A stretch of 64,000 nt of DNA from Calditrichia bacterium. Its GTDB lineage: Bacteria > Calditrichota > Calditrichia > JAJRVZ01. A program made the translations under genes and the position numbers. Shown here in pieces: positions 54,209 to 64,000 of this stretch. Numbering within the stretch: position 1 is the stretch's first letter; each line of letters starts with the position of its first letter. The notes beneath the pieces are model-generated. The model was not told where the DNA came from and did no database searches. It worked only from the letters and a program-made list of their open reading frames with translations. Location of the stretch: NCBI GenBank assembly GCA_963777955.1, contig CAVZSQ010000013.1:480001-544000 (forward strand). Reading direction: 5' to 3'.

Positions 54209-54813
54209 TGCCTGGTTGAATCCTGCCCTGGCAGAATATCTGTTGCCCCGGCATTCTGATCGCGCTGCAGTTTCCGTACATATGCCACAATCGCCCAGCG
54301 ATCGGCCACGCTGATCTGGTGCCGGTATGACGGCATGTTGCGTATACCGTTGCGGATCACTTCGTAAATATGCCCGTCTTCTACCTCCCGTAAACGCGGT
54401 TGGTGGAATGTCGGCGGTGGTAAAAATCCTTTCTTGATCACAAGGCCCTGGCCGCTGCCTGTTTGATCGTGGCAGGGGGAACAATAGATATTAAAACGCT
54501 CATGTCCCCTGTTTAGTAATTCCGTGCCGACCGGCACTGGTATTTTTTTGACCAGCAGGCTATCAGCAGTCCGGCCATAATAATATTCAACGTTCGCCTG
54601 CAATTGCCCCTGCGCAATCGTCCCGGTCACCGGAGCACGCATTTCGGAGCCATCCGCAAAAAACTGACTGGATTCCTGGGCATCATACCTGGGCTGATCA
54701 TCCATATTTGGATTCAGCTGCAGCGGCGGATCTTCAGACGGCTTGCCGCGGTAACAAGCGATTATCAGCATGGCCAGCAGTAATACGCCGGTTCTGGTAA
54801 AAATAGTATTCAT
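54205..54813 (-). CDS. actE: Alternative complex III monoheme cytochrome c lipoprotein ActE
   Basis: IIAC lipobox, NMDDQPRY, CSPCH heme motif, MPSY...DRWAIVAYVR. Confidence 0.85.
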   Translation of the reverse strand: MNTIFTRTGVLLLAMLIIACYRGKPSEDPPLQLNPNMDDQPRYDAQESSQFFADGSEMRAPVTGTIAQGQLQANVEYYYGRTADSLLVKKIPVPVGTELLNRGHERFNIYCSPCHDQTGSGQGLVIKKGFLPPPTFHQPRLREVEDGHIYEVIRNGIRNMPSYRHQISVADRWAIVAYVRKLQRDQNAGATDILPGQDSTRQ

Positions 54814-55364
54814 TCTGCCTGAATGACCTCTATATTTTTCGCGCCGATACTGTTCAGAAAATTTCCGGTTTGCTGCTGATCGAAATTCGGATCAGTGCTG
54901 TCAACCGATATGAAAAAACCATCATTCATCGCTCTTTCCAGATTCCGCGAATGAAATAGTTTATGAAAATATTTAGGTAAGCGATTCAAGGCCAGCATAC
55001 CAAGAACCGCCGTGAAAGCGGAACATAAAACCATGATCGCAAAAGCGACGGGTCCATAAGCCTGATAACTGAAAAACGGTTTTCCCGAGATCACCAGCGG
55101 ATAAGCGACAGTACTGGTCCACCACTCCAGCGTCACACCCGCCGTCAAAGCCACCGCAGCAACGGCGAAAACAATATACCCCAGCGGTGAGCGCCGCAGG
55201 CCCATGGCCTGATCCATGCCATGAATGGGGAAAGGTGAATGGCAATCGAATTTCCGGTATCCCGCTTCCCGCACCTTTGCGGCGGCCGCCAGCAGGGCGG
55301 CTGGATTCTCAAATTCAGCCAGCAGACCGTGAATGACTTCATTTTTATTTTTTAATTCATCCAT
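54810..55364 (-). CDS. actD: Alternative complex III subunit ActD (DUF3341)
   Basis: GLLAEF, HSPFPIHGMDQAMG, YPLVISGKP, two TM helices. Confidence 0.85.
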   Translation of the reverse strand: MDELKNKNEVIHGLLAEFENPAALLAAAAKVREAGYRKFDCHSPFPIHGMDQAMGLRRSPLGYIVFAVAAVALTAGVTLEWWTSTVAYPLVISGKPFFSYQAYGPVAFAIMVLCSAFTAVLGMLALNRLPKYFHKLFHSRNLERAMNDGFFISVDSTDPNFDQQQTGNFLNSIGAKNIEVIQAE

Positions 55365-55374
55365 TTGCCAACCC

Positions 55375-56727
55375 TCAGTGATGCTGCTCATGCTGCGCAT
55401 CCGCCTGCGGTAAAACCCCTTTTACTTCCGAAATGGCAATGATCGGTATAAAACGCAGGAAAATCAGGAACAGGGTAAAAAACAATCCGAAGGAACCTAC
55501 AAAAGTACCGATATCAAAAATGGTCGGAGAATAATAAGCCCAGCTGGAAGGCAGAAAGTCCCTGGACAATGTCGAGACGACAATCACGAACCGCTCAAAC
55601 CACATACCGATATTTATAAAGATCGCGATGGTAAACATCAGCGGAATACTGCGCCGTATTTTTTTAAACCAGAACAATTGCGGAATTATTACATTACAAC
55701 TGATCATGGTCCAGTAAGCCCAGGCGTAAGGTCCAAAAGCCCGGTTCATAAAAGCGAACCGCTCATACAGGTTCCCGCTGTACCAGGCAATAAAAAATTC
55801 ACACCCATAGGCATAACCCACCATCATACCGGTCACCATCATAATCTTATTCATTTTTTCCAGGTGATTTATGGTGATATAATTTTCCAGGCCATAAATT
55901 TTCCGGACGATGATGGCCAGGATTGATACCATGGCAAATCCCGAAAATATCGCGCCGGCCACAAAATAGGGCGGAAAGATCGTAGTATGCCAGCCGGGTA
56001 AAATGCTGGTGGCAAAGTCGGTGCTGACCACGCTGTGCACGGACAAGACCAGCGGTGTTGACAAACCCGCCAGTAGCAGATAAGCGATTTCATAATGCTG
56101 CCATTGCCGGTTGCCGCCCTGCCAGCCCAGAGAAAATATTCCCAGTACAATCTTGCGCAGCCTGTTTTTAGCCCGGTCGCGCAGCGCGGCCAGGTCCGGA
56201 ATTAATCCGGTGTACCAGAATAACACGGAAACCGTGAAATAGGTACCGACGGCAAAAATATCCCATAACAGCGGGCTGCGAAAGTTGGGCCACATCAGCA
56301 TTTGATTGGGCAGCGGAGCCATCCAGTAAGCCACCCAGATACGGCCAACATGAATGCCGGGAAAAATCAGGGCACAGATAACCGCGAATAAAGTCATCGC
56401 TTCAGCAAAACGGTTGATCGATGTGCGCCAGCGCTGCCGGAATAAGAAAAGAATTGCCGAGATCAGGGTACCGGCATGACCGATTCCAACCCAGAAAACG
56501 AAATTCACAATCGCCCAACCCCAGCCCACCGGTATACTCACACCCCAGATACCGATACCCTCCCAGACCAGGTATGCGATCAATACAAACATCATGACCA
56601 TCAAACTGCTGGATATGGTTATCGCCACGTACCACAACCTGGGAGTCCTGGCTTCAGTGATTGTACTGACCTTTTCAGTTACATCCGCAAAAGACGGATT
56701 CCCCTCGATCAGTATCTCTTTCTGCAA
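55375..56727 (-). CDS. actC: Alternative complex III NrfD-like quinol-binding subunit ActC
   Basis: [66 protein letters not shown]. Exact start uncertain. Confidence 0.9.
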   Translation of the reverse strand: MQKEILIEGNPSFADVTEKVSTITEARTPRLWYVAITISSSLMVMMFVLIAYLVWEGIGIWGVSIPVGWGWAIVNFVFWVGIGHAGTLISAILFLFRQRWRTSINRFAEAMTLFAVICALIFPGIHVGRIWVAYWMAPLPNQMLMWPNFRSPLLWDIFAVGTYFTVSVLFWYTGLIPDLAALRDRAKNRLRKIVLGIFSLGWQGGNRQWQHYEIAYLLLAGLSTPLVLSVHSVVSTDFATSILPGWHTTIFPPYFVAGAIFSGFAMVSILAIIVRKIYGLENYITINHLEKMNKIMMVTGMMVGYAYGCEFFIAWYSGNLYERFAFMNRAFGPYAWAYWTMISCNVIIPQLFWFKKIRRSIPLMFTIAIFINIGMWFERFVIVVSTLSRDFLPSSWAYYSPTIFDIGTFVGSFGLFFTLFLIFLRFIPIIAISEVKGVLPQADAQHEQHH

Positions 56728-56961
56728 TTCTAATGTTTCAGTGATTAGTCATATTTACTCAAAATTACAGTGACTTATTCTATGGAATCCTATATCTTAT
56801 ATCAACTCTCTATTCGACCCCTCCGGGTGCACTTATACAGGGAGATCTGTCTGGTTATAACATTTGATGCCTGCGGCATCATTACGCCATAACCGCTTGA
56901 TTCTTAAATTATTCTCTTTAATCTCATCTTAGTGCCTTAGTGCCTTTTTAGCCTTTATGCC

Positions 56962-59956
56962 TTACTTCCCTTTGTCTAAATCCGGATTAATATTCCTTAC
57001 TTTCGCCAGATACGACGTCCGCGGTTGAATATTCAGTTCAGCTAACAATTCATAATTACGTTCAGATTTTTTCATCTTATTTACCTGGCTCTCAGGATCA
57101 TTGATATTGCCAAAATAGATGGCCCGGGTCGGACAGGCTTGTTGACAGGCAGATTGCACCTCGCCATCCTGCAAGGTTCTGTTCTCCATTTTAGCCTTGA
57201 GTTTACTTTCATTCAGTCGCTGCAAACAGTATGTACATTTTTCCATAACACCGCGGGAACGTACTGTTACATCCGGATTCTGCATCATCTGTATGATCTC
57301 CGGGTAATCTTTGGTGTAATTAAAGAAATTAAAACGGCGGACTTTATAAGGACAGTTATTGGAACAGTATCGTGTACCGATGCAGCGGTTATAGACCATC
57401 AGATTCAATCCTTCACTGTCATGGACAGTAGCGGCTACCGGACAGACCTGCTCGCAGGGGGCGTTTTCGCAATGCTGGCAGGCCATCGGCTGATAAACCA
57501 GTTGGGGAGCTTCGACCTCTCCGCTGAAATAACGATCCAGACGCAACCAGTGCATCTCCCGGCCGTTATGCACCTGTTGTTTACCGACTATGGGGATATT
57601 GTTTTCACTCTGACAGGCTATGGTACAGGCATTGCAGCCGATACAGCGGTTCAGATCAATGACCATACCCCATTGATACCCTTTGTCATAAGAGTGCTCT
57701 TCCCATAATGAAATCAGCGGAGGGTGTTCCACCATTTCCCCGGCAAACTGCGGGTGCCGGCGGTATTCTTCCAGAGAAGCCTCGCGGATGATCGGTCTTC
57801 CTTCCATCGATCCATGGTGCTGGGTATTGGCCAGTTTATAAGTGTCAGTGGTCCTGCGCAGCCGGGCATTCGTGTCGAAATAAAGCGCATTACTGCTGCG
57901 CAAGGTGTAAGCGTTGAATCCGGTCTGATTGCCGATCCTGCCGGCTGCAGTGCGACCAAAGCCTAAATCCAGAGCAATTGAAAAATCCACAGTACCGGGG
58001 ACAATCCATACCGGGAACGGTTGTTCCTTTCCTTTATTTTCAATGACAATCAGATCTTCATTTTTAATTCCCAACCGGCGGGCAGTATTTTCACTCATCA
58101 GTGCAGCATTATCCCAGGCCAGTTTGGTTACCGGATCAGGCAATTCCTGCAACCAGCCGTTATTGGCAAAGCGGCCGTCAAAGACCGAATACGAAGGCTG
58201 AAACAGGATCTCCAGGTGCTCGGCATCTAATTTGTGATTCAGCAAAGGATAATCAATCGCCAGTTTTTTAAGGCCGTTCAGATCGAGTTTGGGATTGATC
58301 AACGGATATTCGCTGTTTTCCAGATAGCCCTGGTGAAGTATTCTGCGCCACTCCTGCTCAAACTCAGAGGTTTTCAATAATCCTCGCCAGGTTTCACGGA
58401 CCAGGTCATAGCCACTGATCTGTTTAGCCCCTGTGATCACAGCCAGCATCTCGATTACGCCGAAACTTTTATATAACGGTTCGATCAATGGCTGCACAAT
58501 ACTGGCGGTACCGGCAGAGGAACGGGCATCCGACCATGATTCCAGGAAATGGCTTAGCGGAAGATGCCATTCCGTCAGGCGCGATGTTTCATCATAATAA
58601 TAACTGAGATGAACGGAGTGTTTAGCTTTTCCCAGAGCCGAACTGAAATCAAGATCGGCCGGTGCATTATAAACCGGATTTCCATCCAGAATTATCAGGG
58701 TGTCGATTTTATTCTGATTCAGTCCGGTCACCAGGTTATTCAGCTGGTCCTGTTCCGCCAGAATAACATCCATGCGGCTGGCGATAAAATACTGTATGAC
58801 CGATATTACCCAGAGCAGCATTAATCAGATTCACCAGAGCATGAACCAGGGGATTTTGTTGCCTGCCGGCGATAATAACACTGCGTCCGGTATTCCGGAT
58901 TAAGTCTTTGGCTAGCCACATCCAGCCAGTGCGGATCAAATTCCACTTCAGCTGCTGCTGCGCCGCCGCAGGTATTTCGCCAGCAGGTATTTTTATACCA
59001 GCATTACGTAAGGTCTGAATCAAAGCCAGCAGGAAGTCTGGTATCCGGCAGCGGGCTAATTTTTGGCGGTGATCGGCCATGGCTCCGGTGAGAGTGAACA
59101 GCGGTTCGACCACATATAACCGGTTCATCCCCTGTTCAGGAGATTTAAGTTCCCGTCCGCTGACAAACTGCCGGGCCGCCAGGATACTTTCATTTTCCAA
59201 ACCGAGAAAATCAGCATCTACAGCCAGTATCACCCGGGCCTGGTTAAAATCATATTCAGGGATCAGTACGGATCCATTAAGCGCCCGGATACCATGATAG
59301 ATATTTTCATCAGATACCGGTTCATAACAATACCAGCCGGCCTGGGGAAATTTTTTATGGAATATTTCTTTCAGACGATTCAGGGTCGGGGCTGCAAATG
59401 ATCCGGATAATACGGCCAGACCATTACCCTTATTACCGGCGAAATCTGCAGCGAGTTTTTGCCAGAACAGCACAAAATCATCCGGGCTTTTCTCCAGCCC
59501 CTGCTGCAGAACCGTCTGGGAACGGTCAGGATCGTACAACTCCAGGATGGCGGATTGTATGAATGCATTTGTACCGCCGCGGTTGGCCGGATGGCCGGGA
59601 TTCCCTTCAATTTTAGTTGGGCGTCCCTCATGACTCTCCACGATCAAGCCATAAGCGCCGGTGCGGAAAGGCATGGTTGTGGCATAATATTGCGGAATAC
59701 CCGGGATGATATCTTCAGGGGCCTTTACATAAGGTACGATTTTTTCCACCGGGCGCCGGCAGGAGGTCAAACCGGCCAGGGCCAGCGAGGCGCCCATCAG
59801 AGTCAGAAAATTCCGGCGGTTCATCTGTGCCGGCAGATCGGTAGTTCCTTCCGGAAATTCACGGTGCAGGAATTCAGTAAATTCCCGCTTACCGGCCAGT
59901 TGGTCCAGGCTGCGCCAGTATTCTTTTCCACTTATATTCAATTTCTTGTCGTTCAT
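56962..59956 (-). CDS. actB: Alternative complex III subunit ActB (TAT-exported molybdopterin-fold + Fe-S domains), frameshift near 58770
   Basis: YWRSLDQL, TAT motif MNRRNFLTLMGASLALAG, EGRPTKIEGNP, and Fe-S motifs CIGCNAC, CQHCENAPC, CIGTRYCSNNCPY, KCTYC. Confidence 0.88.
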
Positions 59957-60600
59957 CGGTGACATCCTGAGCATTCTACCGGCGGGACAATATTCTTTCC
60001 CTGCTTCACCTTGCGGGCAAATTCAAGTTGATCGGCCGCAGGGGTCCATTTCATGCTGGTAATATCAGTTACTGCCCGTAAATGCATATCGGGATTACGG
60101 TGACAGTTTAAGCACCAGCCCATACTTAGCGGCTCCACCTGCATTATTTCTTCCATTTCAGTTACTGTACCGTGACAACTCTGGCAGCCTATACCGGCAT
60201 GCAGATGAATACTATGATTAAAGAAAACATAATCCGGCAGTTTATGTACCCGTATCCATTCGATTGGTTTGCCGCTGCTCCAACTCTCCCGTACAGCAGT
60301 CAGTTTTTCGCTGTCCGTTTTGATCAGGGTATGGCAGTTCATGCAGGTCTGGGTGGGAGGAATATTGGCCTTGGCCGATACTTCGACAAAATTATGGCAA
60401 TACCGGCAATCCATACCAAGGTCGCCGGCATGCAGTTTATGACTGTAAGGAACAGGCTGTTTGGGGCGATAACCCACATCGGTATATTTGGGTGAGCCAA
60501 AGTACCAGAAGAATCCCACCACTGCCAGAAGGGTACCGGTAATAATAAAGATTAATATAATCGGTAATTTATTGGTCCATTGCGGAAAAATCTGAGCCAA
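59953..60600 (-). CDS. actA: Alternative complex III pentaheme cytochrome c ActA
   Basis: N-terminal TM, QPVPYSHKLHAG, and five CxxCH motifs (CRYCH, CMNCH, CQSCH, CLNCH, CSGCH). TTG start. Confidence 0.9.
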   Translation of the reverse strand: MAQIFPQWTNKLPIILIFIITGTLLAVVGFFWYFGSPKYTDVGYRPKQPVPYSHKLHAGDLGMDCRYCHNFVEVSAKANIPPTQTCMNCHTLIKTDSEKLTAVRESWSSGKPIEWIRVHKLPDYVFFNHSIHLHAGIGCQSCHGTVTEMEEIMQVEPLSMGWCLNCHRNPDMHLRAVTDITSMKWTPAADQLEFARKVKQGKNIVPPVECSGCHR

Positions 60601-60686
60601 GAGTATATTCCTCTTAACTAATGGATCACTGTTTTCTGATCTGAGTAAATGATACTACTTTATTCAATAAACATTTATTCCTGGCG

Positions 60687-60708
60687 GTTTAAAATAAATA
60701 TTTTAAAC
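60687..60708. promoter_or_regulatory. 9-4-9 inverted repeat upstream of the act operon (possible operator)
   Basis: GTTTAAAAT-AAAT-ATTTTAAAC ~90 nt upstream of actA, in an AT-rich context. Confidence 0.3.
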
Positions 60709-60851
60709 ATATTCATCAATAGAGAATTTAAATACACTATTTATCTTTATTAAAATCAATTTGTTTATGGGAAGTAATAATAAATCGATTAAACTTACCT
60801 GATTTTGGGCATAGCAGTTTTGCAGGGTCGAGATGGATTATATTAATTCAA

Positions 60852-60896
60852 TCCCCTCCCTAATCTGGTTAGGGAGGGGACACAGGGGTGGGTCAG
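60852..60896 (-). repeat. REP-like hairpin, same family as 44949-45008
   Basis: Minus strand reads CTGACCCACCCCTGTG-TCCCCTCCCTAA ccaga TTAGGGAGGGGA, directly after a stop codon. Confidence 0.65.
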
Positions 60897-63387
60897 TTAC
60901 CGCAATAGCACCAACTTGCGCGATCGAGTGAATCCCTGGTCGGTAGTTAACTGGTACAAGTATACTCCGCTGGCAAAATTGGTCGCATCCCATTCTACCT
61001 TGTATGTTCCCGCCGGTTGTTTTTGCCGAAACCAGCGTGGCTACCTTTTGGCCGAGGATATTATATATTCCCAGTTCCACATATACTGGTAACTGGTAAT
61101 TGGTAACTGATAATTGTCTTCGGATTGAAGGGATTGGGGTAGTTCTGGCCAAGGGCAAATTGAGTGGGTACACTGTTGAAATTCTCAGCAATTCCGAGAG
61201 CAATTTTTGTGAAATCAAAAGAATCAGTCCAATAAGGATATTCATTACTATAAACAATTAAATCAAAGTGAATAGGATTTTTTATTGTACTGTCCGGATT
61301 ATAACCTTCCACAAAAATAAATGAATAATAGTTGTTGCTGGTATCAATTTCCCCGGCAACAAGGTCAGGAAATGTCAGATTGTTATTTAATATTTTTTCA
61401 ACTCTTGGATCGGTTGACTTGATATTTACATACAGATTTTCAGCTGCAGCATTAGTACCTTCATTTTTAAGTACCAGGTTTATAAATTGTTCTCTGTATT
61501 GTTCGTCGTAGAAATAATCAATAAACGGAGTATCGCCTAAACTGACGGGGCCGATAGAGGTAAATTTATTATCATCATGAAAATCCATCGTCGTTCCACG
61601 ACTTTCATTATCAATACTGAGAAAAATATTAAGCATGGCTTCGGTGGCAAATGGATTGAAAGTATCCTCCATAGATTCCGTCTCCAATCTCCTGATCGTT
61701 GTGAATCCCGTCATCATATAGTTCCACTGTGGAGAGAACCTCAGCACTGTCCGGGATCTGCAGATGGGAATAAACCTTTATATTTTCTCCCTGGGGATTG
61801 ATAATCTCCGTAGTGATAAACGGAGAGATCTGGTTTGGATTGATATATAAGCCGTCCCCATGGAATATCATATCTGATGGCCGGGGTTGGGCCATATGGG
61901 ACGATTCGTAAGCCCCCATATCTACATAGGGATCGATACTGTGCGGACGTGCATTTCCATCGAAATCATCATCCGGGGAATAATAGGTAACACCATTCAA
62001 TTCAATGGATGACTCGGCCTGTACCGATGCCCGGACTGGTGGCTGCTAAATGGTACAGGGTATCTGAAAAATCCGGATCAATATTCCAGACACTTTTATC
62101 AATATCCGCCCATCGATTTCCCTGCACGACCGAATTATACATCTCAACACCACCATACTTATTCCCCTCCACCCAGGAGAACCATGTGGGTTCATTACCC
62201 AAAAATATTTCTCCCCAGGCAGCATTGTCAGGATGATCATTCCATAAAATATTGTTCAGCAGAAAAGGTTTATCATTCATGATATAAAAAGCAGAACCGT
62301 CCGCAGGCCGAATTGTTAACAAAGGTATTATTAATGAAAGATGGTTTAGGAGTATAGTGTCCTGCGGAGCCAGACGGCCAGGCTCCGGACATCCGCCTTC
62401 CGGACAGTAAACCCGCCAGACCGCTATGGCTCCGCCCAGGTGATCGGAATGATTCCCCTCAAAAATATTATTATAAATAAAGGGACCCGGATCATTATCT
62501 ACCGCCCCGTCGGCGTTCGTTCTTCAAGTGACAATATACATGGCACCGCCGAAACTACTCGTGGCACAGGGCTTTATTGCCGCTGATTATATTGTTACGG
62601 ATAATCTGAGTACCACTGGTTGGCAGCACAAAATTCATAGCAATGCCACCACCCATTGCCTTCCATTCATCCGTATTTTGAATGATGTTATTACTGATAA
62701 TATTATTCTCGATGATATAACTGACTGTTGTTCACATAAAAATTGACTATGGCAATACCACCACCGCCCGTCATTTCACTTTCGACATAGTTATCCGCAA
62801 TTAAATTATTCCGTATAATAATCGAGAGATTTTCAGCTGTTAACGGATTAACAGCGATGCCGCCACCACTTGCTCCAGCAGTATAACTATCCGGAACCTT
62901 CGCCTGATTGATGACATTATTGATTATCCGGTTATCATGTATCATAATATTGGAAGCAGAAGCAGCCATACCGCCGCCAGCACGTGCAAATTCATTTCCA
63001 GAGGCCACCTTCATACCATATCCTCCGGTGATCGTCAATCCGCATATGACCGTTGTATCTTGACTAAAACTCACCATAATAACACTGGCCAGGTCGGTGT
63101 TAACCGGCTGGCTTCCATTTATGACCGTTTTGGAAATATGGCTGGTGTCGCCCGTCGATCAAAAAATGGCTGCCCAGGGTGATGGATTTTGAAGTGATCT
63201 GCAGATTCTCATAATAGGTACCTTCGGCCACCAGCACGGTGTCGCCATTAACCGCGACATCAATTGCCCCCTGAATGGTGGGGTAATCACCGGGAACGTG
63301 TATAATTTGGGAAGGAAGTAAATCTGGCGTTATACCAGTAATAATTAAAGTTGCCACGAATACGAAAATCAGTAAACGACTTTTCAT
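60897..63387 (-). CDS. Secreted beta-helix (pectin-lyase-like fold) protein with T9SS type A-like C-terminal domain; heavily frameshifted
   Basis: Signal peptide and IIHVPGDYPTIQGAID...DTVLVAEGTYYEN, Asn-rich GGG repeats, LAATSPGIGTG, DFDGNARP...VDMGAYE. C-terminus ALGQNYPNPFNP...IYNILGQKVATLV...RKLVLLR-stop, spread over at least six ORF fragments. Confidence 0.65.
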
Positions 63388-63575
63388 GACTATTCTCCTT
63401 TTATTGATAGTTTGATTTAAAAGATTTCAGGAAAATAGTATGAAATAATTCAGGCGGTGTCTAACACCCATTGCGCATTCTTTAACACTCAGATTGCATG
63501 GCGAGGGGTAAAATTACACGAAGTTCCACGAAGGATTCACGAAGAAAATAACTGAAAAGTAATGAAGCAAAATAT

Positions 63576-64000
63576 CTAGTGGATGTTATTTAGATACTCC
63601 GAAGGGAGTTGACCAAACTGTATTTTAAAACTGCGGGAAAAATAGGATAGATTATTGAATCCGCATTCAAAAGCAATCTGCGAAACTGTCCCGGTTTTTT
63701 GATCCAGTAACTGCCTGGCTCGCAACAGGCGATGGGCACGGATAAACAGGCTGGGGGTCAGGCCGGTTATACTTTCCAGTTTACGCACCAGTTGCGAATG
63801 ACTGAAACCAACTTCACGGACAAACTGTTCAATACTGTATTCCGCATCGGCCAGATGCCGGTCGATAATGCAATTGATTTTGGCCAGAAACGATTGATCG
63901 GCAGAGGCTACACCTGCCTTTTTCAGGTTCCAGTTTCAGCGTCTGCAAATAATGATTACGTAATTTCTCCCGCTGATCTATCAAATTCTTTATCCGCACC
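63576..64000 (-). CDS. C-terminal AraC-type HTH of a transcriptional regulator, probably a hybrid two-component system (partial)
   Basis: RKLESITGLTPSLFIR..RL..ARQLL...VSQIAFECGFNNLSYFSRSFK.QFGQLPSEY, with SADQSFLAKI-type linker upstream. Runs off the window end. Confidence 0.8.

Noticed and set aside
54209..54484. Long N-terminal extension of ActF in the ORF track (start 54484)
   Set aside because: It overlaps actE in another frame. The ATG at 54208 overlapping the actE stop is the more plausible start. The extended starts given for lpdA (37551), dusB (43891), actD (55400) and actB (59974) were likewise trimmed to downstream ATGs.
61085..61116. Heptamer repeat ACTGGTA/ATTGGTA/ACTGATA
   Set aside because: It lies within the coding sequence of the sorting domain (ISYQLPVTS), a common sequence in such tails. 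Not evidently a separate element.
1..64000. rRNA, tRNA, riboswitch or integrase/prophage genes
   Set aside because: None recognisable by eye. A covariance-model search (Infernal/Rfam, tRNAscan-SE) would be needed to exclude small RNAs, including c-di-GMP riboswitches in 25878-26091 and 28972-29273.

Overview
64-kb chromosomal window from a diderm bacterium. The secreted proteins ending in NYPNPF(N)P tails, the PorV-like barrel, fused E1alpha-beta and alternative complex III suggest an FCB-related lineage such as Calditrichota/KSB1 (inference). Many genes, including housekeeping ones (mfd, actB, homoaconitase, OPT, a PPIase), are split by single-base frameshifts, most likely uncorrected long-read errors, so I reconstruct split ORFs as single genes. 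The right part (29-64 kb) is mostly metabolism and housekeeping: three PPIases, mfd, a lpdA-lipB-E1-E2 2-oxoacid dehydrogenase cluster, dusB, a fungal-type fused homoaconitase, OPT and CDF transporters, actABCDEF and two T9SS-type secreted proteins. The left part (1.2-29 kb) is the most interesting. It holds a co-directional locus: GAF-GGDEF cyclase, TPR protein, small secreted protein, a ~5,800-aa Ig-repeat surface protein with a near-identical 612-bp tandem array, a PorV-like barrel fused to TPRs, a membrane sensor fusing an RsbW-type kinase with a HAMP-SpoIIE phosphatase, a STAS protein and a DUF456 protein. The kinase/phosphatase and its likely STAS substrate both carry a homologous helix-turn-helix resembling the DNA-binding region of IS481/IS3 transposases, suggesting an undescribed partner-switching system for surface adhesion. 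Also notable are a DUF559 nuclease cassette bracketed by inverted, structure-conserved double-hairpin repeats and several distinct intergenic REP-like repeat families.
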